DNA of 64,000 nucleotides from Mobula hypostoma (taxonomy: Eukaryota), in contig NC_086098.1 in assembly GCF_963921235.1 (NCBI RefSeq), positions 242,668,001 to 242,732,000 on the forward strand, written 5' to 3'. Positions 22,395-34,534 of the stretch are shown in pieces. How positions within the stretch are numbered: position 1 is the stretch's first letter; the number at the start of each line of letters is the position of its first letter. The notes under the pieces are model-generated. The model had not been told where the DNA came from. It did no database searches and saw only the letters and a program-made list of their open reading frames with translations. The position numbers and the translations under genes are program-made.

Positions 22395-22832
22395 AGGCTG
22401 ATTTATACTTGTGTGTCAACTCGATGCCATAGGTACAGCATTGCCGCGGATCCCTACGCGAACCAACGCAGACCGCAACAACTGTGATTGGTCCACTTGG
22501 TAGCATCGCATTTCCTCCTACGCTGCAATAGCTTCCCATTGGGCGACTGAAGGGCAGGGAAGGAACTCTGGCTGCAATGCTTTCCATAAAGATTTACAGA
22601 TCCCCGAAATTATGGAGGACACATTTTGCTTTTACGAAAAAAGACGCTCGCTTTAAACTTGTTTACCCCAAGAAAAACTACCATGACCATGAAGCCTTGC
22701 GACTGCAGGTGTGTGCGCATGCGTGACGTGCGCGAATTGCAGAGCGATGCAGACACACCGACGCACAAGTATAAATGCTCACAATGTGCATAGGTTACAG
22801 CGTCCGTTTAACGCAGAAGTATAAATCAGCCT
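22395..22832. mobile_element. PIF/Harbinger-like MITE, 438 bp
   Basis: TIRs AGGCTGATTTATACTT / AAGTATAAATCAGCCT; 3-bp flanks TAA / TGA (TNA type, one mismatch). Confidence 0.75.
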
Positions 22833-23087
22833 TGAGCATGTGGAGGGCAGATGGGATGGGCTGTGGGAAGGGTCTGACTCACCAAACTAACTGATGAAAT
22901 ACTAACTGGCTTTCACCTTTCTGCTGTTCCCTACTCCCTCCTTCCTATCCTCCTCCACTCTCTCCCTCTGCTTCCTCTCCTTCCCCTCCTACCCTTTCCT
23001 CCCCTCTCCTTCCCCTTTCTCACCCCCTCTCCCGCTCTGCCTCCTCGTTCCCGGCTCCTTGCATCCCCACCCTGGCACCTTGGACAG

Positions 23088-23228
23088 GTGCTTGAGTACA
23101 ACGCTCCCGGAGGGAAGAGGAATCGGGGTCTCTCGGTCATCGCCTCGTTCCGCGAGCTCGCAGCTCCCCACCAGCAGACTGAGGAGAACTTCCGTCTGGC
23201 GCTTATCGTCGGCTGGTGTGTGGAGCTG
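23088..23228 (+). CDS. FDPS: FDPS exon (VLEYNAPGGKRNRGL...GWCVEL)
   Basis: 141 nt, AG/GT, phase 0/0; GGKxNRG IPP-binding motif. Confidence 0.96.
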
Positions 23229-23379
23229 GTGAGTGTGTCTGCCGTACCCACTCCTGCCCCTCCCAGTCACCCAGACAACTCCAGTCTGAGAGGGTGCCTC
23301 CCTTCCGTCCTACATCCCCAACTCCACGCTGCCCTGCCGATTCCGACCTGAGAGCACATCTCCCCCACTGATCAACCCC

Positions 23380-24000
23380 CATTCATCTCTCCTTACCTGT
23401 CACCCCGACTACTCCATAACCTCCACCTTCCCCCTATCCACACCCTCTCCCCCCTCCCCTCCCTCCCTCCCTCCCTCCCCCCCTCCCCCCATCCATCTCT
23501 CCTTACCTGTCACCCCGACTACTCCATAACCTCCACCTTCCCCCTATCCACACCCCCTCCTCCCCTCCCCTCCCCTCTTCTCCTCCCCTCTTCTCCTCCC
23601 CTCTTCTCCTCCCCTCTTCTCCTCCCCTCTTCTCCTCCCCTCTTCTCCTCCCCTCTTCTCCTCCCCTCTTCTCCTCCCCCTCCCCTCCCTCCCTCCCTCC
23701 CTCCCTCCCTCCCTCCCTCCCCTCTCCCCTCCCTCCCTCCCTCCCCTCTCCCCTCCCTCCCTCCCTCCCCCATCCATCTCTCCTTACCTGTCACCCCGAC
23801 TACTCCATAACCCCCACCTTCCCCCTATCCACACCCCCTCCTCCCCTCCCCTCTCCTCCTCTCCTCCTCCCCTCTCCTCCTCCCCTCTCCTCCTCCCCTC
23901 TCCTCCTCCCCTCCTCTCCTCCCCTCCCCTCCTCTCCTCCCCTCCTCTCCTCCCCTCCTCCCCTCTCCCCTCTCCTCCCTCTCTCCCCTCTCCTCCCTCA
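23380..24000 (+). repeat. Polypyrimidine (C/T) simple repeats with three copies of a ~60-bp anchor
   Basis: The anchor catctctccttacctgtcaccccgactactccataacc recurs near 23385, 23493 and 23775. Confidence 0.85.
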
Positions 24001-24176
24001 ATTGGAGGGTGACCCCAGAGAGCTGGGCTGATCTGCGTTCTCTGCCTCTCTGTCTTTCCATCCCTCCCCATCCAACCCCCATTCCCCATCCACCCCCCCC
24101 GTCTCCCTGCCCTCGGTGCCGTGGGAGAGGGGCGACCCCAGAGACAGGGCTGACCTCCACTCTCTCCTGTGTCTAG

Positions 24177-24257
24177 CTACAAGCCTTCTTCCTGGTCGCG
24201 GACGACATCATGGACAATTCTGTCACCAGGCGGGGTCAGGTCTGCTGGTATCGGAAG
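24177..24257 (+). CDS. FDPS: FDPS exon with the first Asp-rich motif ([27 protein letters not shown])
   Basis: 81 nt; FARM DDIMD with Phe-Phe at -5/-4, the chain-length determinants of a C15 FPP synthase. Confidence 0.97.
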
Positions 24258-24730
24258 GTGAGCCTGTGTCCACCTCCCTCGCACAGCGATGGGACAGTGT
24301 CTGTCTACGTTTCTGACATCCCAAAATCGTGTCAGGTTGGGGTCTGCGTCTGTGACTAACTCCCCCACGGTGACAAGATGAGTGTCTGACTCCTTTCCTT
24401 CTCCACATGGTGACAGGTCCGTGTGTGACTCCCCCCCGCCAACCCGGTGACAGGATGGAGTCTGTGTCTGTGTTTAATACCCTCACATGGTGATGGGAGA
24501 GGGTCTGTATCTGTGTCTAACTCCCTGTATTCTCCACATGGTGACAGGTGCCTGTCTCCCCCCACACAGTGACAGGACAGGGTCATGTCTGTGTCCCTGC
24601 ACGGTAATGGGACAGTCTGTGGACCTAACTCCTCCACACAGCACCGGCACTGGGTTTGTACCTGCAACACCCCCACAGAATGATGGGGAGGGACAGGATG
24701 GAGTCTGTGACACCCCCACACGGTTTAGGG

Positions 24731-24977
24731 CAGTGGTCCCCAACCTCCGGGCCGCGGACCAATACATTGCCGCGGAGAATGCAGCGGTAGCCGGGGCGCA
24801 CACAGCACATCTTTAAGAGAAAAGTTGAAATAAACAAGCTAATTAATTAGGTGCCGCCCGGCTTGTAAATGTCAGCCTTTTTCTTAAAGATGTGCTGTGT
24901 GCGCCCCGGCTACCGCTGCGTCTCTGCATGCTTCGCGGATCGGTGCCGGTCCGCGGCCCGGAGGTTGGGGACCACTG
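24731..24977. mobile_element. hAT-family MITE, 247 bp
   Basis: Perfect 30-bp TIRs beginning CAGTGGTCCCCAACC; perfect 8-bp TSD GTTTAGGG at 24723-24730 and 24978-24985. Confidence 0.92.
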
Positions 24978-25126
24978 GTTTAGGGTTGCGTCTGGGACCT
25001 CTGCCATAGATATCTGGTGGGAGGGGAGTTTGCCCACACCTGGGTGTTGTCACTGAGTGAAGAGGTGCAGGAGAGAGGATGAATTTAATATTTACCATCT
25101 CCCCCCTCCCTGCCCAACCCCCACAG

Positions 25127-25249
25127 GAAGGAGTGGGTCTGGATGCCATCAATGACTCCTACCTCCTAGAATCCGCCGTTTACCGCCTCCTCCGCAGGTA
25201 CCTGAGGTCCCATACCTGTTACATTCACCTGCTAGAGTTATTCCTCCAG
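25127..25249 (+). CDS. FDPS: FDPS exon ([22 protein letters not shown]...LLELFLQ)
   Basis: 123 nt, AG/GT, phase 0/0. Confidence 0.96.
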
Positions 25250-25519
25250 GTGAGAGGGGGAGAGGTGGTAAGGGGAGGGGGCAAGGGTGAGTGGGAGGGT
25301 AGGGGCTGCGGGTGGTGAGGGTGGGGGAGAGGGAGAGATTGAGGGTGGTGAGAAGTGACGGGCTGAAGGTGTTGGAGAGGGAAAGGGGAGGGTTTGTGGG
25401 TAGTGAGAGACACAAGGGGTGAGTAGGGTTAAGGGTTAGTGAGAGAGAGATGGGTGGGGAAGGAGGGGGTGATGAGGTCGAGGAGATCACATTCATCTCA
25501 CCTCCTCCTTCCCCCTCAG

Positions 25520-25608
25520 ACGTCCTACCAGACGGAGCTGGGACAGTCACTGGACCTGATGACAGCCCAGCCCAGCCGTGTGGATCTGGACCAGTTCACT
25601 GAGGAGAG
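25520..25608 (+). CDS. FDPS: FDPS exon (TSYQTELGQSLDLMTAQPSRVDLDQFTEE)
   Basis: 89 nt, phase 0/2; GQxLD motif. Confidence 0.96.
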
Positions 25609-25890
25609 GTGAGCCGCCCCCACCCTCTCACCAACTCTCCATCTTGTGAAACCCCCTCTCCTCTCCCCCCACCTAATCCTGCATCCTCTTTCCACCAGCT
25701 CTCTTCTCTTCTCCCTTCCTTCCTTCCCATCTCTCCATCCTCTTTCCTCTCTCACTCCTCCCTCCTGCCATTTCTCTCTGCCCTGGGCATGACTGCAATA
25801 TGAACGTCCCCCCACAACCCTGTTCCTGTTTCCTGGGTGAGGAGGGTTCTGACTCGGAAGACTGACGACTGACCCTCTGTCTCGCCACAG

Positions 25891-25963
25891 GTACAAGGCC
25901 ATTGTAAAGTACAAGACTGCCTTCTATAGCTTCTACCTGCCCGTGGCTTCCGCCATGTACATG
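25891..25963 (+). CDS. FDPS: FDPS exon (YKAIVKYKTAFYSFYLPVASAMYM)
   Basis: 73 nt, phase 2/0; KT motif. Confidence 0.96.
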
Positions 25964-26019
25964 GTAAGGACCAGTCGCGGCTCGGCTGGGGGTCAGGAGT
26001 CGGGGCCTCAGTGAATCTG

Positions 26020-28170
26020 TGGGAAGATAGAGGATTGGGAAGTTCTTAAAAACCTGCAGAGCAACTGAAAAAATTAGAAGGGAAAAGATGAAATATGAAA
26101 GTGAGCTAGCAAATAATATCAAAGTGGACAGTAAAAGTTTTTTCAAGTACGTTTAAAAATAAAAGAAATGAGAGTGGATATAGGACTGCTAGAAAATGAG
26201 GCAGGAGAAATAATAACGGGGGATGAGAGTGGATTTAGGACTGCTAGAAGAGGCAGGAGAAATAATAACGGGGGATAAGGAGATGGCTGATGAACTAAAC
26301 AAGTATTTTGCATCAGTCCTCACTGTGGAAGACACTAGCAGTATGCCTGGTGTTACAGTGTGTGAAGGAAGAGAAGTGGGTGCAGTTACTATTACAAGGG
26401 GAGAAGGTGCTCAAAAAGCTGAAAGACCTAAAGGTATGTAAGTCACCCGGACCAGATGAACTGCACCCTAGAGTTCAGAAGGAGGTAGCAGTAGAGATTA
26501 TGGTGGCATTAGAAATTATCTTTCAAAAATCATTGGACTCTGGAAAATTGCAAGTGTCACTCCACTCTTTAAGAATGGAGGAAGGCAGCTGAAAGGAAAT
26601 TATAGACCAGTTAGTCTGACCTCCGTGGTTGGGAAGATGTTAGGTTCTATTGATAAGGATGAGGTGATGGAGTACTTGGTGAAACAGGACAAGACAGTAC
26701 AAAGTCAGCATGGTTTTTATGTGGATAAATGTGAGGTTATCCACTTTGGTGGTAACAACAGGAAAACAGATTATTATCTGAATGGTAGCCGGTTAGGAAA
26801 AGGGGAGGTGCAATGAGACCTGGGTGTCATTGTACACCAGTCATTGAAAGTGGGCATGCAGGTACAGGGTGGTGAAAAAGGTGAATGGTATGCTGGCATT
26901 CATAGCAAGAGGATTCGAGTACAGGAGCAGGGAGGTACAAGGCCTTGGTGAGACCACACCTGGAGTATTGTGTGCAGTTTTGATCCCCTAATCTGAGGAA
27001 AGACATTCTTGCCATGGAGGGAGTACAAAGAAGGTTCACCAGATTGATTCCTGGGATGGCAGGACTTTCATATGATGAAAGACTGGATCGACTAGGTTTA
27101 TACTCGCTGGAATTTAGAAGATTGAGGGGGGATCTTATTGAAACGTATAAAATGCTAAAGGGATTGGACAGACTAGATGCAGGAAGATTGTTCCCGATGT
27201 TGGGGAAGTCCAGTACGAGGGGTCACAGTTTGAGGATAAAGGGGAAGCCTTTTAGGACCAAGATGAGGAAAAACTTCTTCACACGGAGAGTGGTGATTCT
27301 GTGGAATTCTCCGCCACAGGAAACAGTTGAGGCCAGTTCATTGGCTATATTTAAGAGGGAGTTAGATATGGCCCTTGTGGCTAGAGGGATCAGGGGGTAT
27401 GGAGAGAAGGCAGGTGTAGGGTTCTGAGTTGGATGATTCAGGCTTGAAGGGCCAAATGGCCTACTCCTGCACCTATTTTCTATGTTTCTAAAGGTTAACT
27501 TGCAGGTCGAGTCGGTGGTGAGGAAGGCAAATGCCATGTTAGCATTCATTTCAAGAAGTCTAGAATACAAGAGCAGGGATGTGATGCTGAGGCTTTTTAA
27601 AGCACTGGTGAGGCCTCACCTTGAGTATTGTGAACAGTTTTGAGCCCCTTATCTTAAAAAAAAGATGTGCTGGCATTGGAGAGGGTCCAGAGGAGGTTCA
27701 CAAGGATGATTCCAGGAATGAAAGGGTTATCATTACAAGGAATGTTTGATGGCTCTGGGTCTGTACTCACTGGAACTTAGAAGGATGAGGGGGGATCTCA
27801 TTGAAACCTTTCGAATGTTGAAAGGCCGAGACAGAGTAGATGTGGAAAGGATGTTTCCTATGGTGGGAGAGTCTAGAACAAGAGGGCACAACCTCAGGAT
27901 AGAGGGGCACCCTTTCAAAACAGATGTGGAGAAATTTCTTTAGCCAAAGGGCAGTGAATTTGTGGAATTTGGTGCCACATGCAGCTGTGGAGGCCAGGTT
28001 ATTGGGTGTATTTAAGGCTGAGATTGATAGGTTTTTGACTGGACATGGCAGCAAAGGTTACGAGGTGAAGGCTGGGAACTGGGGTTGAGGAGGAGATAGA
28101 AAAAGGGCCAGCTATGATTGAATAGCGGAGCGGACTTGATGTGCTGATGGCCCAATTCTGCTCCTATGTC
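26020..28170 (+). mobile_element. Stacked CR1 LINE fragments in an FDPS intron
   Basis: RT C-terminal ORFs 26223-27427 and 27746-27943; the 26720-27490 part belongs to the same subfamily as 42465-44471. Confidence 0.88.
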
Positions 28171-30204
28171 TTAAGGAATCTCCATCAGCTTCGCTGGCAC
28201 CTCACCCCCTCCCACCGCAGCCTGGGTTCCCTCCCTTTCTTTCAGGAGGAAATGCTGAAGGTGGAGATTGTAGCAGAGGAACAGAGAACCAGGTGGGGGT
28301 GCTGGAGGTGTGGGGGTGGGGGCTGTGGTTGGACACTGGAGACGGTAGACTGATGCAGCAGGATCTGGAGGGGAAGAATGGCCTGTTTTACAGCTCACAT
28401 TCTTGTGATTGGGTAGCGCAGTGAGTAGAGGCACTACCTCATGGCTCCAGAGATTCGGGGTTCAATCCCCAGCTCCGGCACTGTGAGTCTGCACGTGTGT
28501 CCTACCCCCCCGTGACGATCGGTGTGTGTGTGTGTAGTCTTGGAGTTCACACTTCTCCCTGTGACTGTATGCTTCCCCTCTTCCCATCTCCACAGGCTCC
28601 ACATTCATGCCATGTGCAAGGTCAGTGAGTTAATGGGCTGCTGTAAATTGTCCCTCTGAGTGTGTGGGTGGGTGAGGGGGAGAAGGAGGAGGAGGTGACA
28701 GGAATGTGAGAGTAGAACAGGATGAGTGTAAATGGGTACTTGGTGGCCAGCAAGGACTCGATGGGCTGAAGGGCCCGTTTCTGTGCTGTATCTCTCGAAG
28801 ACATTGTGACTTGGGTATTTGCAAACATAACCACTTCCCAACAGGACCTGGAGATGATTTACGCCTGACCTCTAACCCCAATCCCCTCCCCTCTTCATCT
28901 ATAACGGCGGTTTGTTATGCAGAAGACACAGAAAAGGTGTTGTTGACAGTGAAAATGATTAGATATTGCAGGGGGATTTTGATCAGTTGGGTAAGTGGGC
29001 CAAGGGATGGCAAATGGAGTTTAACTAAATAAGTGTGAGTTATTGAATGTTTTTGAAAGTCAGATCAGGGTAGGATGTACACGGTGAACGACAAGGCCCT
29101 GGGGTGTGCTGTAGGGCAAGTGGGGCCTCAGAGTTCAAGTATGTGGTTCCCCGAAAGTGGTGTTACAAGCAGATGGTGAGGTGAGGGGGCACACTGATCT
29201 TCATCAGTCAGGACATAACATTGCAGTTACTGAGGCCACACTTGCAGTATTCATCACCCTGCTATGGGAAAAATGTTATTAAACTGAAAAGAGTCACAAG
29301 GTGTCGCTAGGACTTGAGGGACTGAGTTACAGGGAGAGGCACAGTGGTGTGGTGATTACTGTAACGTACAGTGCTAGTGATCAGTGTTCAATTCCCACCA
29401 TTGTCTCTGAGGGGTTTGTTAATTCTCCCGTGATGGTGTGGGTTTCCTCACGCATTCCAAAGACGTACAGGTTAGTATGGTGACACTTGCAGGCTGCCCC
29501 AAGGACAGCCTCGGACTGCTGTGGTTGTTGACACAAATGACGCTGTATGTTTCGATGCACATGTGACAAATAAGACTAATCTTTTTTTTAAAAAGGTTGA
29601 GGGTGTGTTAGACCGTAGGAGACTGAGGGATGATCTTATTGAGGGGTATAAAATGATAAGAGGCATAAGATGGATGCACAGTCTTTTCTCAGAGTTGGGG
29701 AATCAAGAACTAGAGGGCACAGGTTTAGGATGAGAGGGGAGAGATTGAATTGGACCCTGAGGGTGCCCAGTATCCAGTACGGGCTGCCACAGAAAGTGGT
29801 TAGAACATAGAAGAATACAACACAGGAACAGGCCCTTCGGCTGGACCAATTGAATTAGTAACCAAATGGCTAACTGATGATCTCTTGTCCACTCAATGTC
29901 CATACTCCTCACATTCTATATATTTGCTGCTACCACCATCCCAGGCACCCACCACTCTTGTTTTTTTTTTAAAAAAAAACAACAAACTTTGCCCCTCACA
30001 TCTCCTTTAAAATAGCTCCCCACTTCTTAAATGGCTGAGGCAGGTACATTGACAACATGGAATAGACACTGTGGTGAGGAAAGGTACGGGGTAAGTGCGG
30101 GTGAATGGGACTGGCTTGGCTGGGACGTTGTGGTTGGCAGCGACCAGTTGTGTGAAAGGGCCTTTTTCTGTGCTGTGTGACCCTGACCGCCCCTCTATCC
30201 ACAG

Positions 30205-30282
30205 GCTGGGATCGACGGCGAGGAGGAACATCGCATTGCCCAAACCATCCTCCTGGAGATGGGGGAGTTCTTTCAGATTCAG
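30205..30282 (+). CDS. FDPS: FDPS exon (AGIDGEEEHRIAQTILLEMGEFFQIQ)
   Basis: 78 nt, AG/GT, phase 0/0. Confidence 0.96.
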
Positions 30283-30464
30283 GTAGGGGACACTTCCAAA
30301 TCATCGAATGTCTTTCATGTGGCCCCTAATCTTCTCCGCCCTATCCTATGCCAGCGAGCTCGGTCCATAGGTGCCATTGAGATGTGGCATCTCCCCATTG
30401 CCCCCACTCCCTCCCTCTCTTTTCATCCGCCCAGGTGTGTCTGAGCTCTCTTGTTGCATCCTAG

Positions 30465-30599
30465 GACGATTACCTGGACTGCTATGGAGACCCTGAGGTG
30501 ACCGGTAAGGTCGGTACAGACATTGAGGACAACAAGTGTAGCTGGCTGGTGGTTCAAGCACTGAAGAGTGTCACTCCCAAACAGAGGAGGGTGTTAGAG
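30465..30599 (+). CDS. FDPS: FDPS exon with the second Asp-rich motif ([30 protein letters not shown]...)
   Basis: 135 nt; SARM DDYLD; donor gtaagt. Confidence 0.97.
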
Positions 30600-30892
30600 G
30601 TAAGTGCCCCTTGAGCAACAGCTCTGAGCAGAACAGGTCCTGCGGCCCATCGCTTGGCTGCAATATTGTGAGCACATAGAGCTGTATAGGCCCTTGGCCC
30701 ACAATAGTGTGCCAACTATATAAATTTACTCTGGAAAGGTGCAAAACACTGAAAAGTTTCCATAAGACATCGACGTAGAAATCAGCTATCGCTACTGCTC
30801 CACCATTCATTCATAGAACATTCCAGCACAGTACAGGCCCTTCGGTCCACGATGTTGTGCCGACCTTCTAACCTACTCGAAGGTTAATCTAA

Positions 30893-31519
30893 AACAACAG
30901 GAATTCTGCAGATGCTGGAAATACAAGGGAAAGCAGGATCTCCCAGTGGCCACACATTTTGATTCCACATCCCATTCCCATTCTGACATGTCTATCCACG
31001 GCCTCCTCTACTGTCAAGATGAAGCCACACTCAGGTTGGAGGAACAGCACCGTATATTCCGTCTGGGTAGCCTCCAACCTGATGGCATGAACATTGACTT
31101 CTCTAACTTCCGCTAATGCCCCACCTCCCCCTCGTACCCCATCTGTTATTTATATATATATATATACACACACACATTCTCTCTCTCTCTCCTTTTTCTC
31201 CCTCTGTCCCTCTCACTATACCCCTTGCCCATCCTCTGGGTTCCCCCTCTCCCTTTTACTTCTCCCTGGGCCTCCTGTCCCATGATCCTCTCGTATCCCT
31301 TTTGTCAATCGCCTGTCCAGCTCTTGGCTCTATCCCTCCCCGTCCTGTCTTCTCCTATCATTTTGCATCTCCCCCTCCCCCTCCCACTTTCAAATCTCTT
31401 ACTCACTCTTCCTTCAGTTAGTCCTGACGAAGGGTCTCAGCCTGAAACGTCGACTGTACCTCTTCCTAGAGATGCTGCCTGGCCTGCTGCGTTCACCAGC
31501 AACTTTGATGTGTGTTGCT
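30893..31519 (+). mobile_element. 5'-truncated Penelope-like element with a 13-bp TSD, nested in a CR1 3' fragment
   Basis: TSD AAGGTTAATCTAA at 30880-30892 and 31520-31532; encodes the GIY-YIG C-terminal segment (LEEQHRIFRLGSLQPDGMNIDFSNF); starts with an inverted terminal segment. Confidence 0.85.
31420..31455 (+). ncRNA. Minimal type I hammerhead ribozyme motif within a Penelope-like element
   Basis: AGTC-CTGACGA-A-GGGT(CTCA)GCCT-GAAA-CG-TC|GACT: complete core, helix I AGTC/GACT, short helix II, palindromic helix III (ACGT). Confidence 0.7.
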
Positions 31520-32699
31520 AAGGTTAATCTAATTCTTCCCTCCTACATAGCCCTTAATTTAATCATCCATGTGCCTTTTTGAGTCTTTTAAATGCCCTTA
31601 GTGTATCTGCCCTGTACCACCAGTCCTGGCTGTGTGTTCCACATACCCACCATTCTGTAAAAACACCCAACTTCAAATTTTCCTCGTCACCTTAAATGGA
31701 CGTCCTCTGGTATTGGCCATTGCCACCCTGGGAAAAAGGCACTGACTGTTCACTGTATCTCTGCTTCTCATAATCTTATACGCCTTTACCAAGTCACAGC
31801 TCATCTTCCTTTGCTTCAAAGAGCCCCAGCTTGCTCAGCCTTTCACATCTGGAGTACTGTGTGTCCTGTTATAGGACGGGCGTGGAGGCTCACCAGGACT
31901 GGACGACAAGAGGTTGGGAAACTCGGCTTGTTTTCTATTGAGCGGTGAGACTGAGGTTTATAAAATTGAGGGGCAGGATAGAGATTTTTTTAATATACAG
32001 AATAGAGATTCCTATTGCCAAGATAGAAATGTCATACATGTAAGGCAAGTGGAAGAAAGTATAAAGGAGATGTGTGCGGCAAGTTTTTTTTAATATATGC
32101 ACAGTGAGAGTGATGGGTGTCTGGAAAGGGCACCCAGGGGTGGCGGTGGTGGGGGCAGATATGATGGTGGTGAATATGCAGGGAATGGAGAGGCAGAAGT
32201 AGTTTAGTTTAATTCGGCATTGTGTCCAGCACAGACAATGTGGGCCGAAAGGCCTGTTCCTGTGCTGTAATGTTCTATTTACAGTAGTCCCATTCACCAG
32301 CATTCGATCTGTACCCTTCTCTGCCTTGGTGATTCAAGTGCTCGCCCAGATACTTAAACCTTGTGGGTCTCTGCTCCCACCAACCACTTGGGTTGCGTTC
32401 TTGGGTCCCACTTCCCCATGGGGGGGGGGGAATAAAATTCCCCCTCAAGTCTGCTTAAAGATGCAAGATCTAAAGATTAGCTTTATTGGTCATACATACA
32501 CCATACAGTGAAATTCATCATTCGGTTGATGACTACCGCAGTCTGAGCAAGTGTTGCTATGCTTCCAGCACCAACGTGATATGCCCACAACTTACTAACC
32601 CCGTTAGCCGAGGAAATTAGAGCACCCAAAAGAGATTCGCGTGGTCCCAGGGAGAATGTACAAACTCCTTACAGGCAGAAGAGCACTATGCTAGCAGAT

Positions 32700-33195
32700 A
32701 TGCCACCCCATCAGGAGGTACAGGAGAGGAACCCAGTGTGACCTTCTGCTGCTGTAGCCCATCCACTTCAAGTTTCAAAGTGTTGTGCAGAGATGTTCGT
32801 CTGCACACCACTGTTTGAACAGGTAGTTATTTGAGATATTGTCATCTTCTTGTCAGCTTGAACCAGTCTGTCCATTCTCCTCTGCCCTCCTTCATTAACA
32901 AGGTGTTTTTACCCACAGAACTGACACGCACTGGATTTTTTTTTCAGAACCATTCCCTGTTTAAATCTAGACTGTTGTGTGTGAAAATCCCAGCCGATCA
33001 GCAGTTTCTGAGATATCAAACAACCCTGTCTGGCACCAACAATCATTCCACAGTCATGGTCACTTAGATCACATTTCTTGCCTGTTCCGATGTTGGTCTG
33101 AACCTCTTGACCATGTCTGCATGCTTTTATGCATTGAGTTCCTGCCACGTGATTGGCTGATTAGATGGTTGTACTAATGAGCAGACGTACCTAAT
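32700..33195 (-). mobile_element. Tc1/mariner-derived non-autonomous remnant
   Basis: Minus ORF GKKCDLSDHDCGMIVGARQG resembles a Tc1 transposase N-terminal HTH segment. Confidence 0.65.
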
Positions 33196-33245
33196 GTACC
33201 CGAGTGTTTCCCCTGACCTTGTTCTTTCTCTCCCCGCGGATGCAG

Positions 33246-33446
33246 GAGAACTACGGCCAGCGGGAGCCGGAGAAGGTGGCGAGGGTGAAGGCTCTGTACA
33301 AGGAGCTGAGACTAGCTGAAGCCTTCCATCAGTATGAAAACCAGAGCTACCAGCAGCTGAGGGGGCTGGTGAGCGAGCACTGCAGCCGCCTGCCTCAGGA
33401 CGTCTTCCTCACCTTCGCTGACCGCATCTACAAGAGGAAGAAGTAG
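33246..33446 (+). CDS. FDPS: FDPS last coding exon (ENYGQREPEKVARVKALY...RIYKRKK*)
   Basis: 201 nt ending in TAG; basic C-terminal tail typical of FPPS. Short-isoform CDS totals 1059 nt (352 aa). Confidence 0.96.
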   Translation, partial: ENYGQREPEKVARVKALYKELRLAEAFHQYENQSYQQLRGLVSEHCSRLPQDVFLTFADRIYKRKK

Positions 33447-33705
33447 ATCGAAGGAGCGCGACTTTCCCTTCGCCCTGGTGCTAATCTCCAACCCGAGGGT
33501 CAAGGACCCAAAACTGTACATAGGGGAAGGGGATGTGTATGTATTGTAACGTGGGAACAGACTGTCTGAGGTTCACCGTGGGGGGAGAGCGAGCGCTGGT
33601 GGGAATAATTTATTCTGAAGTAAACCCAATGGGCATCAGTGGAAAATTATTCTGTTTGATGGGACGGTGTAGAGGGAGCTTCACTCTGTCTAGTGTGTAA
33701 CTATA

Positions 33706-33711
33706 AATAAA
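33706..33711 (+). terminator. FDPS: FDPS polyadenylation signal AATAAA
   Basis: First AATAAA, 260 nt after the stop, followed by T/GT-rich sequence. Confidence 0.6.
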
Positions 33712-33916
33712 TACTTAAAAACTGTCGTAACTGATGCCACTTTGTGCCTGCCTTTTGCATCAGCCGTGACTTGCTCCAGTGAAAGTCACACCAGAGATTG
33801 CTGCCAGGGCGGGAGGGGGAAACACCCTCAACAAGTGTCAGTTCAAAAGGGGTGGGCTTTCTGACAGAATGCAGAGCGCCATCAGCACAAACAGCCAAAC
33901 GCCGTTGTCACAGCAT

Positions 33917-33922
33917 TTTATT
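33917..33922 (-). terminator. RUSC1: RUSC1 polyadenylation signal AATAAA (minus strand)
   Basis: TTTATT on the + strand, about 610 nt past the RUSC1 stop. Confidence 0.55.
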
Positions 33923-34534
33923 GAAGAGCAGCGTTCACATGTACTGGAATCCAGTTTTACAGCAAGAGACGGACACGGAGAGTGGGGGCGGGGGTGGGTG
34001 GTTTCTCTTGTCACGGTCCTATACACAGACAGACATCAGTCATATTTGAGACGTGGGTCCAATCCCACTTCGAGGAGAGTGCACATGCAGGAGGGATGGA
34101 CATTGGCGCATGGGGAAGATCGGTGTTCCAGGAACCCATTCGCCGGAGAGGGGTGGAATGGAAGAAAACTCTAAACCTGAAGTCATCACCACCAAGAACT
34201 TCCCCTGGAGGGGGTCGGTACACCATGAATTCCTTCCTCCCTGGAGGTGGCTGGAACCGGTTTCCCTGGGTAGAGTTATCACCCGAGAGAGGGTCAGTGC
34301 AGCAGGGACTTCCTTCCCCTGGGTCATCACCCTCAGGAACTTCTTCCCAGAAGAGGGTCACTGCAGCAGGAATTCCTTCCTCCAGGGGATGGGAGGAAGG
34401 CTTTGAGTGGGAATGGTGTGGGTGGGAGCAGAGCCTTAAGACTTGCCCTGGATGAGGGTCAGAAATCCCACTGACAGTCAGGGGCAGCGGGACCCTGTGG
34501 TACAGTGGTCGGTGGGCCCCCCAGCCAGGCGCAG

